Source of the DNA: Parcubacteria group bacterium GW2011_GWA2_38_13
Lineage (GTDB): Bacteria > Patescibacteriota > Patescibacteriia > Buchananbacterales > GWA2-38-13
DNA: 39,980 nt
Direction of reading: 5' to 3'
NCBI GenBank assembly: GCA_000992395.1
Contig: LBUD01000015.1
Location: 1 to 39,980 of the forward strand
The translations under genes were made by a program, and so were the position numbers. The notes under the pieces are model-generated. The model ran no database searches, was not told where the DNA came from, and saw only the letters and a list, made by a program, of their open reading frames with translations. Below are positions 28,901 through 36,499 of the stretch, piece by piece. Position 1 is the stretch's first letter. Each line of letters begins with the position of its first letter.

Positions 28901-28951
28901 AACGACGACAACGGTAACGGCTTTTTTCCCTGTTTTTAATAAGTTAGACAT
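25856..28951 (-). CDS. Large secreted S-layer-like surface protein
   Basis: Signal peptide; N-terminal AVYYLGANGKRYVFPNEKTYKTWY...KITTDPKVY domain seen in CPR surface proteins; beta-rich Thr/Ser/Ala/Gly/Val body. Confidence 0.8.
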   Translation of the reverse strand: MSNLLKTGKKAVTVVVVMTTIMWSVGVFALPAAFAATSGDLIKIKCTGTNASVCQAVYYLGANGKRYVFPNEKTYKTWYADFSSVKEISQTEMESYPIGGNATYRPALKMVKITTDPKVYAVAKGGTLRWVQTEAIAVALYGSTWNKQIDDVPDVFFTNYTLGGDVTGTSSFDKTAETAGSTSINVDKNLSGSGPVTGGSTMTVALASDTPASGIVMGSASRVPFSTFTLTASSDGDVVVDSVTIIRGGISQDGEFADFDLLDASTMLPFNSLSKSLNSTHEAIFSDDITVAAGTTKKVIVSANMTSGALSSYAGETPTLGVNAIVLKGGATLVGTLPITGNYQNINGTMTVGTAAIAVGANSPAATTKEVGTKDYIVSSIKISNNSTATGQDFTVKSVTFTQNGSAAPEDLQNIRLINTNTSETLATVAAPATKKISFTGLNLTVKKGNNITLDLRLDIKSGSARTISLDVDQKSDVVIFDVLRTFNVVPTYTNASSATVSSSPYYNPSDTTIGNGKLRIESLAITSNKIAENAKKVLIGKFKFVVEGEKLNITSLGYKVTTSTASTGNGIITNVVSQDANGASLTSAKDPVLNIAGQLTATSTDTVSLSVGETTVMVYGDLDANFIANDTVQVGIFPEAITVRGDVSGNLITPTPAGQVQSTSLNVKAASLAVSVGSTPAAQTVVSGTPNFEVAQFILDASDSGMDIRITQVGILVKDTSAQPNILDTIKIYDGATEIPVNSSSQTCSGTTCSTTGRSTTTLSISAGNLKVTKGTTKVLSVKGNVGTADTSGSFLVELVEDLIAAIDEEGQTVTETYTAGAAASMTLSSGGTLQISLGTDPKAALVVGGTTVEIGKFIAKAKYEGMNISDVGFQIVANTETDIDGDYNNIDQIELWEQGGSAALGTQIVNAARATITAPLTLALDQEKTYVVKAKFKALTSNASASALSGEGVMVKLSYIYVKGTAVGSSSVTTNGISDNFKAFTELKSVPTVTVTPFTGAGVITSNEVTNLLKFNILEHYYQTLAISW

Positions 28952-29254
28952 TTTTATTAATTTCCTTTCTTAAACCTGCATAAATCCCGGTGGGACAACA
29001 TAATACAGAAAGATTCAACTCATAGTAATCCTACTCTTGAAAAAACCCTCGAACGTGAGTCCGACCTTTGATTATTCAAGGCGTAGATGAGATGAACTCC
29101 CATGATCCAAAAAGTACGCAAGCTTTAAACATAATACGAATCTACAAATTTTATGCGAATACTACAAATAATTCCCAAAAACACTATTCGTAGCTCTTGA
29201 GACTTTCATTTGAGGTATTCGCATGCCATTCGCAGATTTGCATTACGTATTATT

Positions 29255-29284
29255 ATTATAATAAATTTAATGTGCTTTCGTCAA
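29255..29284 (-). promoter_or_regulatory. sigma70 promoter of the S-layer-like gene
   Basis: TTGACG-18-TATAAT on the minus strand, about 300 nt upstream of the start codon. Confidence 0.65.
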
Positions 29285-29308
29285 AAAAATTCCTGTGAAT
29301 AACCTAAT

Positions 29309-30346
29309 TTAATCTTCAATTTCAGCGCTATCTATAATAACGGCCGTCATGTCCGGATTTTCATTACTCACCGATACCTCATCTGTTCCGACAATGCTTC
29401 TCAATAGTGTTTTTGCAATCTGGATATTTTTTAAAACCGCGTCAAGATTCCCCTGCTCCATATCAATTTGTATTTTGCCAAAAATCTTTTTTATTTCTGA
29501 AATATTATTCGCGATATTTTCATCGAGCGTATCTTTATATTCCTTTTCAACTGCTAAAAATTTATTTTCAATCTCCAGTATTTTTTGTAAAACCAAATCT
29601 TTGATATCTTCGGTATTCTTCACGCTCTTGGTTGTCGTGGCAATAGATGTCGCGCTTGGCTCGGCAATGCTTCCCATAAGCGCCTTAAGCCCCGCGTCTT
29701 CTGTTATATCTTTTGCATTTTCAAAACTCTTTTTTACATCATCGCCCAAGGCTTCCTGTTTTTCAAATGTTTTTTCAAGCTCTTTGCCGGTTGAATCCAA
29801 TGAAAGCGCGATTTTTAAACTCATTTCTTTTTCCGGCATATTATTATCCACATCATCTTTCACTGATTGAATATTTTGCTTGAATGTCTTTACGGCAATA
29901 TGCACTTTTTTCTCTTTCTCCTGGGAATCTTCGGGTTGAAGCATTATTCTGTCTATTTCATAAATCCTTTTATTCGCGAATTCCACTTTCAGCTCGGTTT
30001 TGGCGTTGGAATCGCTCATAAATGCCAATTGCGCGCGTTCAAGCCGTATTTTCAACGGATATAGCGCGTCTCCCGGAAGGCTATAGTATGCCGCGTTCAC
30101 CACTATGCTTGATCCCGTGGCTGACCCAAGCACGAGCAATAATAGCACGGTTGGCTGTAAAACCATCCTTTTGGCCGATCCAAACGCGATTTTTGTAAAA
30201 GCGAGCCATGGCGACACTTTTCTTTCCGGAGAAAAATTTTTCATAAGCAAAACAAGCTCTTTTTCGCAATTGAGCTTCCATCCCGCATTCGGCTTCGCGG
30301 AATTTTTCATCGTATTCAGTTTTTTTATTACTTCGCTTGTTCTCAC
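29309..30346 (-). CDS. DUF5667-domain membrane protein, putative anti-sigma factor
   Basis: One TM helix then SLPGDALYPLKIRLE...EFANKRIYE; 4-nt overlap with the ECF sigma gene. Confidence 0.75.
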   Translation of the reverse strand: MRTSEVIKKLNTMKNSAKPNAGWKLNCEKELVLLMKNFSPERKVSPWLAFTKIAFGSAKRMVLQPTVLLLLVLGSATGSSIVVNAAYYSLPGDALYPLKIRLERAQLAFMSDSNAKTELKVEFANKRIYEIDRIMLQPEDSQEKEKKVHIAVKTFKQNIQSVKDDVDNNMPEKEMSLKIALSLDSTGKELEKTFEKQEALGDDVKKSFENAKDITEDAGLKALMGSIAEPSATSIATTTKSVKNTEDIKDLVLQKILEIENKFLAVEKEYKDTLDENIANNISEIKKIFGKIQIDMEQGNLDAVLKNIQIAKTLLRSIVGTDEVSVSNENPDMTAVIIDSAEIED

Positions 30347-30906
30347 ACGTTTGTAGATTTAATATGTTTCTTTAATTCTTTTATTGCGCGATGAAGCAAA
30401 ATTCGTACGGCGCCTTTTGACCTATTCATTATTTTTGAAATTTCCGAAGTAGAAAAACTTTCAATATGATAATACACTATTACTTCCCGATATTCGTCTT
30501 TTAATAATTCAAGAGCTTTTTCAATTTCTGAATAATCCTTTTCATCATCTATCCTTAGGCCAAGATCCTGTTGATTTTCATCTGTTATCCGGGCAACCTC
30601 GTTATCTTCCAAGGGTTTATCTTCCCTGCCTTTCCTGTAGTAGTCAGTGATTAAATTCTTCGCTGTCTGGAAAAAAAATGCATTCAAGTACGCGATATTG
30701 TTTTCTTTTTTATAAATGTACTCCCATGTTCTTTTGAATACTTCCGATGCCATATCCTCTGCGTCTTCTTTGCTCCTAACCCGCATAAATATATACCGGT
30801 AAATCCTATCTACGTAAAACCTGTAAATTTCAATGAAAACTTCAGTATCAAACGAATTGAGCCGGGATAAAAACAGTTTTTCTTGTATCTTCTCTGTGTA
30901 GTTCAT
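30343..30906 (-). CDS. ECF-family RNA polymerase sigma factor
   Basis: Region 2 DAEDMASEVF; region 4 YREVIVYYHIESFSTSEISKIMNRSKGAVRILLHRA. Confidence 0.92.
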   Translation of the reverse strand: MNYTEKIQEKLFLSRLNSFDTEVFIEIYRFYVDRIYRYIFMRVRSKEDAEDMASEVFKRTWEYIYKKENNIAYLNAFFFQTAKNLITDYYRKGREDKPLEDNEVARITDENQQDLGLRIDDEKDYSEIEKALELLKDEYREVIVYYHIESFSTSEISKIMNRSKGAVRILLHRAIKELKKHIKSTNV

Positions 30907-30911
30907 TTATG

Positions 30912-30939
30912 TAGACGTATAAAATAAAAAAGTGTTACA
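30912..30939 (-). promoter_or_regulatory. ECF-type promoter TGTAAC-N16-CGTCTA
   Basis: Matches the AAC/CGT ECF consensus; ends 5 nt before the sigma factor ATG. Confidence 0.72.
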
Positions 30940-30949
30940 CTAATCAATT

Positions 30950-30978
30950 ATTATAGAATAAATATTAAAAAAAGTCAA
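30950..30978 (-). promoter_or_regulatory. sigma70 promoter TTGACT-17-TATAAT
   Basis: Near-consensus boxes upstream of the ECF sigma gene. Confidence 0.72.
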
Positions 30979-31091
30979 ATACTCAGTATTTAACTATTTT
31001 ATTATAAAATTTAATTATTTTAGACAATAAAATGTAAATAAGGACTAACCTTTGGATATTTTTAATTCAAAATAATATCTCCTATATATGA

Positions 31092-32122
31092 CTACGTAAT
31101 TTTTCCAAGAACTACTTCAATTTTAATTTCCTTCGTATCCCTTAAAATGGTAAATATCGCTTTGTCTCCAATTGAATATTCTTGTATTATTGAGCTAAAA
31201 CTTTTTATTCCGCTTATACTCGATCCGTCTATATGCGTTATAATATCTTTAACGCGAATTCCCGCCATTCCGGCCGGTGTTGGTGGAAACGGGGTCTCCC
31301 ACACCATTATCCCCTTTTCCAGCGTAATTTTTTGATTTTTCAGGCCAACGGCGCGCGATAAATCAATATATTTAATACCTAAAACCGGTCTTGCTATTTT
31401 TTCATTCTGTAAAATGCCCTCTATGGCTTGTTGTAAAATATTTGATGAAATAATAGTATTTACCTTTTTATCATCTTTTTGATTCAGTATCATTCCAATA
31501 ACATCTCCGTCTAAATTTACCGCAACCGCGCCACTGAAATATTTATCAAATTCATCCTTAGTAAGCAAAAATTCTGATAGTTTTTCCGTAGATTCCACAA
31601 ACTGAGTTGTTTCCTGCGAAAGCCGCCAATCTATATTTTTAATGTTTGTTGGTATAATACCGCTTGCAAAACTCACCGCAAGAATATTTTGTCCAATGCT
31701 ACTATTATCAGGGCTTCCAAGCTTTACGGCAGGAAGGTCTTTTGCGCTTATTTTAATAAAAACAGCATTACTATATGGATCTACAATAATTTTTTCAACT
31801 GGATATACGTTTAAACCACGGACTACTGCGATTGATTCCTTTTTAAAATTACGTGAAATATCAATAATGGTAACAATCCAACCGTCTTCGGTAAGAATAA
31901 AACCATTGCTCATGAAATCGTTGAGATTCCAAGAAATTTTTTCAAACGCACAAGCTCGGGTATTGCCTGAGCGGAATTTTCCGCCGGCTGCCCAGAACAA
32001 AAACAAAAATCCTCAGGATGGATAAAATATTTCCAAACAATGCCCGCGCCCATGGCTCCACTGGCCACGCTCAATAAAAATAAAGACATTGTAATAAAAA
32101 TTAAATTTTTTTTCATTTTCAT
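31092..32122 (-). pseudogene. HtrA/DegP-like trypsin-PDZ protein, reading frame broken near 31940
   Basis: TM N-terminus in ORF 31910-32122; GFILTEDGWIV, VNLDGDVIG and PDZ (PAGMAGIRVKDII) in ORF 31092-32006; break may be an assembly artefact. Confidence 0.68.
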
Positions 32123-32129
32123 AATAATT

Positions 32130-32933
32130 TTATGACCATTTCGCGGTTAATAAAATAATCGTTGTTGTAATACATGCAATAAATGCATACCTTGCTAAAA
32201 TATTTTTATTCATTAATCCCAATATCTGATTTTTTGCCAATCCCATAAAAATATAATATACAATAGCGATCATAAAACCATTCACATATATGCTTGAAGG
32301 CAAAAAATTAATCACCCAAAAAAATTCTAAAAGTATGAGCGGTATTATGCAAAGATACGCCCACCCCTTTTCAATAAAACGGTAATACATCATCCAAATG
32401 CCTTGAAATACCAATACAAGCGCTATACAAAGCACTAAAAGGCTTGCCGCCCATACCTGAAATCCCAAAAAACGGATATATCCGTACATAGCGGCGGAAA
32501 AGGAATATATAATAAAAATGCTTAAAAAACCCGAGATATTCCCAAAAGAATAATCTTGAAATTTTTCCCTGCGATAATATCGTAAATATATATTTTCCAA
32601 AAATACTCCTAAAAAAGAATTAAAAATTGCGGGAAACAAAACGCTCAGCCAGGTGCTTTCTAAAAAGAGTATAAGCGTATATTGGCTTATGACAAGTAAC
32701 GCGGGAGTTGGGGCAAAGCCAAAAAATTCTTTTATATTTTTTCTTCCCGTAAATGAAAAAATTGACAACAAAACTAAAATAATAGAAGCTATACAAAAAA
32801 AATAAATAATAAAAGAACCTTTTGCTTCCCCCGCGTAAACGTTGCTTCGCGTGTAGGTAAAATAAATATATTCAACAAATAAAAAAATAATCAGCGGAGT
32901 CGCCCACACCAAATTGTGCTTGAGTTTTGACAT
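32130..32933 (-). CDS. Polytopic membrane protein of unknown function
   Basis: 267 aa with about 9 hydrophobic segments. Confidence 0.8.
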   Translation of the reverse strand: MSKLKHNLVWATPLIIFLFVEYIYFTYTRSNVYAGEAKGSFIIYFFCIASIILVLLSIFSFTGRKNIKEFFGFAPTPALLVISQYTLILFLESTWLSVLFPAIFNSFLGVFLENIYLRYYRREKFQDYSFGNISGFLSIFIIYSFSAAMYGYIRFLGFQVWAASLLVLCIALVLVFQGIWMMYYRFIEKGWAYLCIIPLILLEFFWVINFLPSSIYVNGFMIAIVYYIFMGLAKNQILGLMNKNILARYAFIACITTTIILLTAKWS

Positions 32934-33014
32934 AATATATAAAGATTCAAAAATTGAATACAGCTATGCAAGGAGCAAGTCTGCTTTGGGACGAGACTTT
33001 TAGCAAGCCCTGTA

Positions 33015-33379
33015 AATTTCTAATTATTCTAATTCCTAATTAATCTAAATAATTCCCAATGTATAAATCCAAATGTCAAATCAAATCCGAACTATTTAAA
33101 TCCTAGATACGAAATCCTAACTCATTAAATCCTAAATCTGAATATCGAAATTCTAAACAAGTTCGAAATCACAATTTTCCAATTTTCCAAACAATACTTT
33201 ACATTTTTAGTTTGAAACATTGTGATTTGTGATTTATGATTTGTTTAGGATCTAGGATTTAGAATTTCGGATTTATTTGATATGAGAATTTCGGATTTTA
33301 AAAGATTTGAGCTTTGGTTTTTGGGTTTATTGTTTTGGGATTTTATTAGAAATTAGAGCAATTGGGTCAATTAGAAATT
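33015..33379. repeat. 365-bp nested imperfect palindrome with about 7-nt periodicity
   Basis: A/C-rich left arm, G/T-rich right arm; termini AATTTCTAATT / AATTAGAAATT. Confidence 0.85.
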
Positions 33380-33400
33380 ATCAAGCCATCTCGTATCCAT

Positions 33401-33805
33401 TTACTTCATCCACCCATTTTCCCCTTTCAATTGTTCCAATTTTTCCATAGCGTCCTGAATGGTTGCCTGGTCGGCATTATTTGATCCCTTGATAATATTG
33501 CTGAAAGTCAAGACAAGGTCAAGATGAAGATTTTTATATTTATCCGGAACCACTACATTTAAAAGCTCGTCGCGTATTGCAAGAGGGCTAACTTTTTTGG
33601 AAAATTTTTCTAAAATAACCTTTACATTTTTTTCGTACTCGGCTTCAAGCTTCGGATTGGGCACGGGCGTTGGTTTTACTTCTGAAGAATTATTGTTCGC
33701 CGGCGCGCCTGCCTTGTTGGAATTTTTAATATAATCAACTCCGTAAAATAAAACAACCGCGATTGCGATAGTAAAAAAAACCGAGAGTATTTTTTTGTAT
33801 CTCAT
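33401..33805 (-). CDS. Hypothetical protein with N-terminal TM helix
   Basis: 134-aa ORF in operon-like spacing with its neighbour. Confidence 0.75.
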   Translation of the reverse strand: MRYKKILSVFFTIAIAVVLFYGVDYIKNSNKAGAPANNNSSEVKPTPVPNPKLEAEYEKNVKVILEKFSKKVSPLAIRDELLNVVVPDKYKNLHLDLVLTFSNIIKGSNNADQATIQDAMEKLEQLKGENGWMK

Positions 33806-33811
33806 ATTTTT

Positions 33812-34144
33812 TTAAAAAATATAATTTCCTTTTTCCATTTCAATTTCATCCCACCTTAAAATATTTTCATCCCACTTAAATGCTTTAAATTTATTCACGC
33901 GCTCGGTTTCGGAATACACATACTCTACCTTAGTCTCGCTTCCAATCCTTTTTGATCCATGAGTCTTTTTATCCAAAAGCAAGGGCTGATCCGTCCATTC
34001 AAGTCTCATTTTCCCCAAAGGACCGGAAAACTCAATAAATTCAACAGTGCCCGGCCTATTTTCAAAATCATTTGTGCCACTATCAATAATTTCAAACTTC
34101 TCCTGTACGATATCTTTTATTTCCTGCCATTTTTCAAGAGTCAT
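33812..34144 (-). CDS. Hypothetical protein, 110 aa
   Basis: Start MTLEKWQEIK at 34144; the longer ORF to 34264 only reads through an AT-rich hairpin. Confidence 0.75.
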   Translation of the reverse strand: MTLEKWQEIKDIVQEKFEIIDSGTNDFENRPGTVEFIEFSGPLGKMRLEWTDQPLLLDKKTHGSKRIGSETKVEYVYSETERVNKFKAFKWDENILRWDEIEMEKGNYIF

Positions 34145-34149
34145 ATTTG

Positions 34150-34231
34150 GAGTATTTAGTATCAAGTATATAGAATTTAGTATAAAAAAATATACTAAAT
34201 ACTTTATTCCAAGCAATACACGTTTAATACT
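34150..34231. repeat. AGTAT/ATACT heptamer-periodic hairpin
   Basis: AGTATTTAGTATCAAGTATATAGAATTTAGTATA...TATACTAAATACTTTATTC; related to 34450-34524. Confidence 0.7.
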
Positions 34232-34325
34232 TTCTATCATACCAAATAAATCAAATTTTTTCAATTTTTTTAAATGATAAAAGTTATATTTTTATCTAAA
34301 TTTAAATATTATTAAGCATTTTTAA

Positions 34326-34354
34326 TTGACTAATATAATTAAATGTGCTATAAT
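34326..34354 (+). promoter_or_regulatory. Consensus sigma70 promoter with extended -10
   Basis: TTGACT-17-TATAAT preceded by TG. Confidence 0.8.
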
Positions 34355-34585
34355 TATACATTGTAGTGTTTACCCGTTCTTTTCGGTGGTTCTGTTTTCG
34401 GAGATAGGTTTCGTGTCTATCCCCTTTCCGCCAATGCGGCTTTTATAAAAGTATAAAGTATCTAGAATCAAGTATTTAGTATATAAATTTTATACTTTAT
34501 TCTAAATACCAAATACTCAATACTACATAAAAGCCCCAGTGGCGGGAAAATGTTCTTCAAAAGTCAGTTACCAAAAGGAGAGTGC

Positions 34586-34911
34586 ATGATTATTCTGGAT
34601 TCTGGACAATTCGCTACGATTTCCAAACTTCGCGAATGGAAACAAACGCAAATGAGGCTGGCTGAAAAAAAGCCTTAACTATGGAGGAACGGCTCAGGCG
34701 CGCAGTTCCCTATATTCTTCGGCGGGTCTTTGACAATAAACATATCATCCACGACCTGGTCGCATACGGCGGGGTCTGGATAAAATTCAGGAGTAACGAA
34801 GGCGACTGCTACGGATTCACACAGCTCCAAGAATTCAGAGATCGTTTCAATGGACTGAAAACTGCATGGCAAGAATTTGCCAAAGTTGACATCCTTTCCC
34901 CGATTTCATGA
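34586..34911 (+). CDS. Hypothetical protein split in two frames (34586-34678 and 34681-34911) at A_AAA_AAG
   Basis: AGGAG at 34576-34580 precedes ATG 34586; a -1 shift at 34666-34672 joins the frames. Confidence 0.55.
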
Positions 34912-34945
34912 GTGATTCCTTTGAAATCACCATTACCGCACTTTA

Positions 34946-34997
34946 AACAACCCATAACCCTGACTTACCAAGTAAGATCGGGGTTTTTTCTATATAT
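34946..34997 (+). terminator. Terminator hairpin, direct repeat copy A
   Basis: AACCCTGACTTACCAAGTAAGATCGGGGTTTTTT. Confidence 0.8.
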
Positions 34998-35047
34998 GAG
35001 AATGCGGTCTCAAATATGTTAAAGAACCTGACACTCGCAAATAAAAT

Positions 35048-35076
35048 TTGCTTATTTTCTTAATTTATGCTATAGT
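35048..35076 (+). promoter_or_regulatory. sigma70 promoter
   Basis: TTGCTT-17-TATAGT with TG extension. Confidence 0.6.
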
Positions 35077-35100
35077 ATAATCAAATAAATAATATATATT

Positions 35101-35664
35101 ATGGGCGTTGAATCAAGAGGAACAATAGCAGAAGCTGAATTTTTAGGGGAAATCATTGACCCGGAAAAACTCGCTTCAAAAGAGAAGAAGCTTAAAGAAA
35201 GGCTTGGCTGGCTGACACAAGATCAGCTCATGGACAATGTAAAAGAGTTCCAGCCCGGCAACCCGAGCGATCCGGAAAAACAGTTTCCCGGAGATATTTT
35301 TGCCCTTATCGCTGAAAAAATAACACCAGATGATTATGACCGGCTCAGATATTATACTGCAGTTACCAGGAAAGAAGATATAGTGTTAAAATCCCGGCTG
35401 GATTATTGCGAGGGCGTTGATTTCTTTTTTGAATTTGATTCCGAAGAAGGAGTGGTAAAAGTAACCTGCGACTTCGCCCTGTTTGAAAAATCAGAAACAG
35501 ATTTCAAGGCGGACGTGCTTGCCGTAATCCCAGACGAAGATATGAACCCCAAAGATGATCCCAAGCTCTGGGAATCCACTACAAAAAAAATCGCAGAAGA
35601 TATTATTTGGAATATCAAAGAAAGAATTAAAGAAATAAAAAAGAAAAAGGAGGAAAGGCCATGA
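35101..35664 (+). CDS. Hypothetical acidic protein, possible PD-(D/E)xK-like fold
   Basis: 187 aa; LDYCEGVDFFFEF...VTCDF pattern. Confidence 0.7.
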   Translation: MGVESRGTIAEAEFLGEIIDPEKLASKEKKLKERLGWLTQDQLMDNVKEFQPGNPSDPEKQFPGDIFALIAEKITPDDYDRLRYYTAVTRKEDIVLKSRLDYCEGVDFFFEFDSEEGVVKVTCDFALFEKSETDFKADVLAVIPDEDMNPKDDPKLWESTTKKIAEDIIWNIKERIKEIKKKKEERP

Positions 35665-35966
35665 GTAACGAAAACAAAGTAAAAGAAAAATTTCTTGGCT
35701 CTTTGAAATCCCCAAAAGTTACTGGAAAAAACGCAGTTGATCCGAAGAAAATATCCATGCCAATGCATGACCCCGAAGCAGTTATTCAAGTTTTTTGTAC
35801 CGGCTGCGGGAAATATTCTCGCATCAACCAAAAAGGCGCAACCAATTTAGCCCAAATGGCAAACGTAGAATTGCCTTCCGACACTGATGGTTTCTATTTT
35901 GAAACGAGCCGTTGCATTCTGTGCGACGATGACTTCAGGGAAGTCAATCTGCAAAAGGCACGCTAG
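35661..35966 (+). CDS. Small putative zinc-binding protein
   Basis: CTGC and CILC; GGAGG RBS and ATGA overlap with the upstream gene. Confidence 0.72.
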   Translation: MSNENKVKEKFLGSLKSPKVTGKNAVDPKKISMPMHDPEAVIQVFCTGCGKYSRINQKGATNLAQMANVELPSDTDGFYFETSRCILCDDDFREVNLQKAR

Positions 35967-35971
35967 GGCGC

Positions 35972-36021
35972 AACAACCCAAAACCCCGACTTATCAATTA
36001 AGATCGGGGTTTTCTATATAT
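35972..36021 (+). terminator. Terminator hairpin, direct repeat copy B
   Basis: AAAACCCCGACTTATCAATTAAGATCGGGGTTTT. Confidence 0.8.
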
Positions 36022-36036
36022 AATTTTTAACGAAGG

Positions 36037-36489
36037 TCATACCTTCGTTTTTTTTGTACTGCTTATTCTAGCTAAAAATTCTTCTACCTTTTCTAATATT
36101 TCGTTCTTGCTATTTTTATAATAGAGCTTTTTTTCCGCGTCTTTATTATCAAACCAGCCAAAAGAAAAATGCTCAGAGGAAATAAATACATTGCTTGAAT
36201 TCACACGGCCGAGAAAAAAAGTTACTTTTTTATTTATTACCCTTCCCTCCTCCACGCGAAAAGAATAATAATTATAAACCTTAAATTCCGGATGCAAGAA
36301 TATATCTTTTTTTTGTATGCCTGTTTCTTCCTCAACTTCCCGGTATGCGGCCTCAAGCTCTGTCTCGCCTTTTTCCAATTTGCCCTTTGGAAAATTCCAA
36401 TACCTTCCGCCATGCTGAAGAAGCAAATAATGCGGTTCATTATTTTTGATAATATATAAAACAATGCCTGCCGAGAGCTGGTTAATCAT
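36037..36489 (-). CDS. NUDIX hydrolase (Ap4A hydrolase-like)
   Basis: Nudix box GKLEKGETELEAAYREVEEETG; SAG, WNFPKG, SEH. Confidence 0.9.
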   Translation of the reverse strand: MINQLSAGIVLYIIKNNEPHYLLLQHGGRYWNFPKGKLEKGETELEAAYREVEEETGIQKKDIFLHPEFKVYNYYSFRVEEGRVINKKVTFFLGRVNSSNVFISSEHFSFGWFDNKDAEKKLYYKNSKNEILEKVEEFLARISSTKKTKV

Positions 36490-36499
36490 TTAAATTTCA

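Noticed and set aside
34145-34264. N-terminal extension of the 150-aa ORF
   Set aside because: It is the translation of an AT-rich heptamer hairpin; ATG 34144 is the more plausible start
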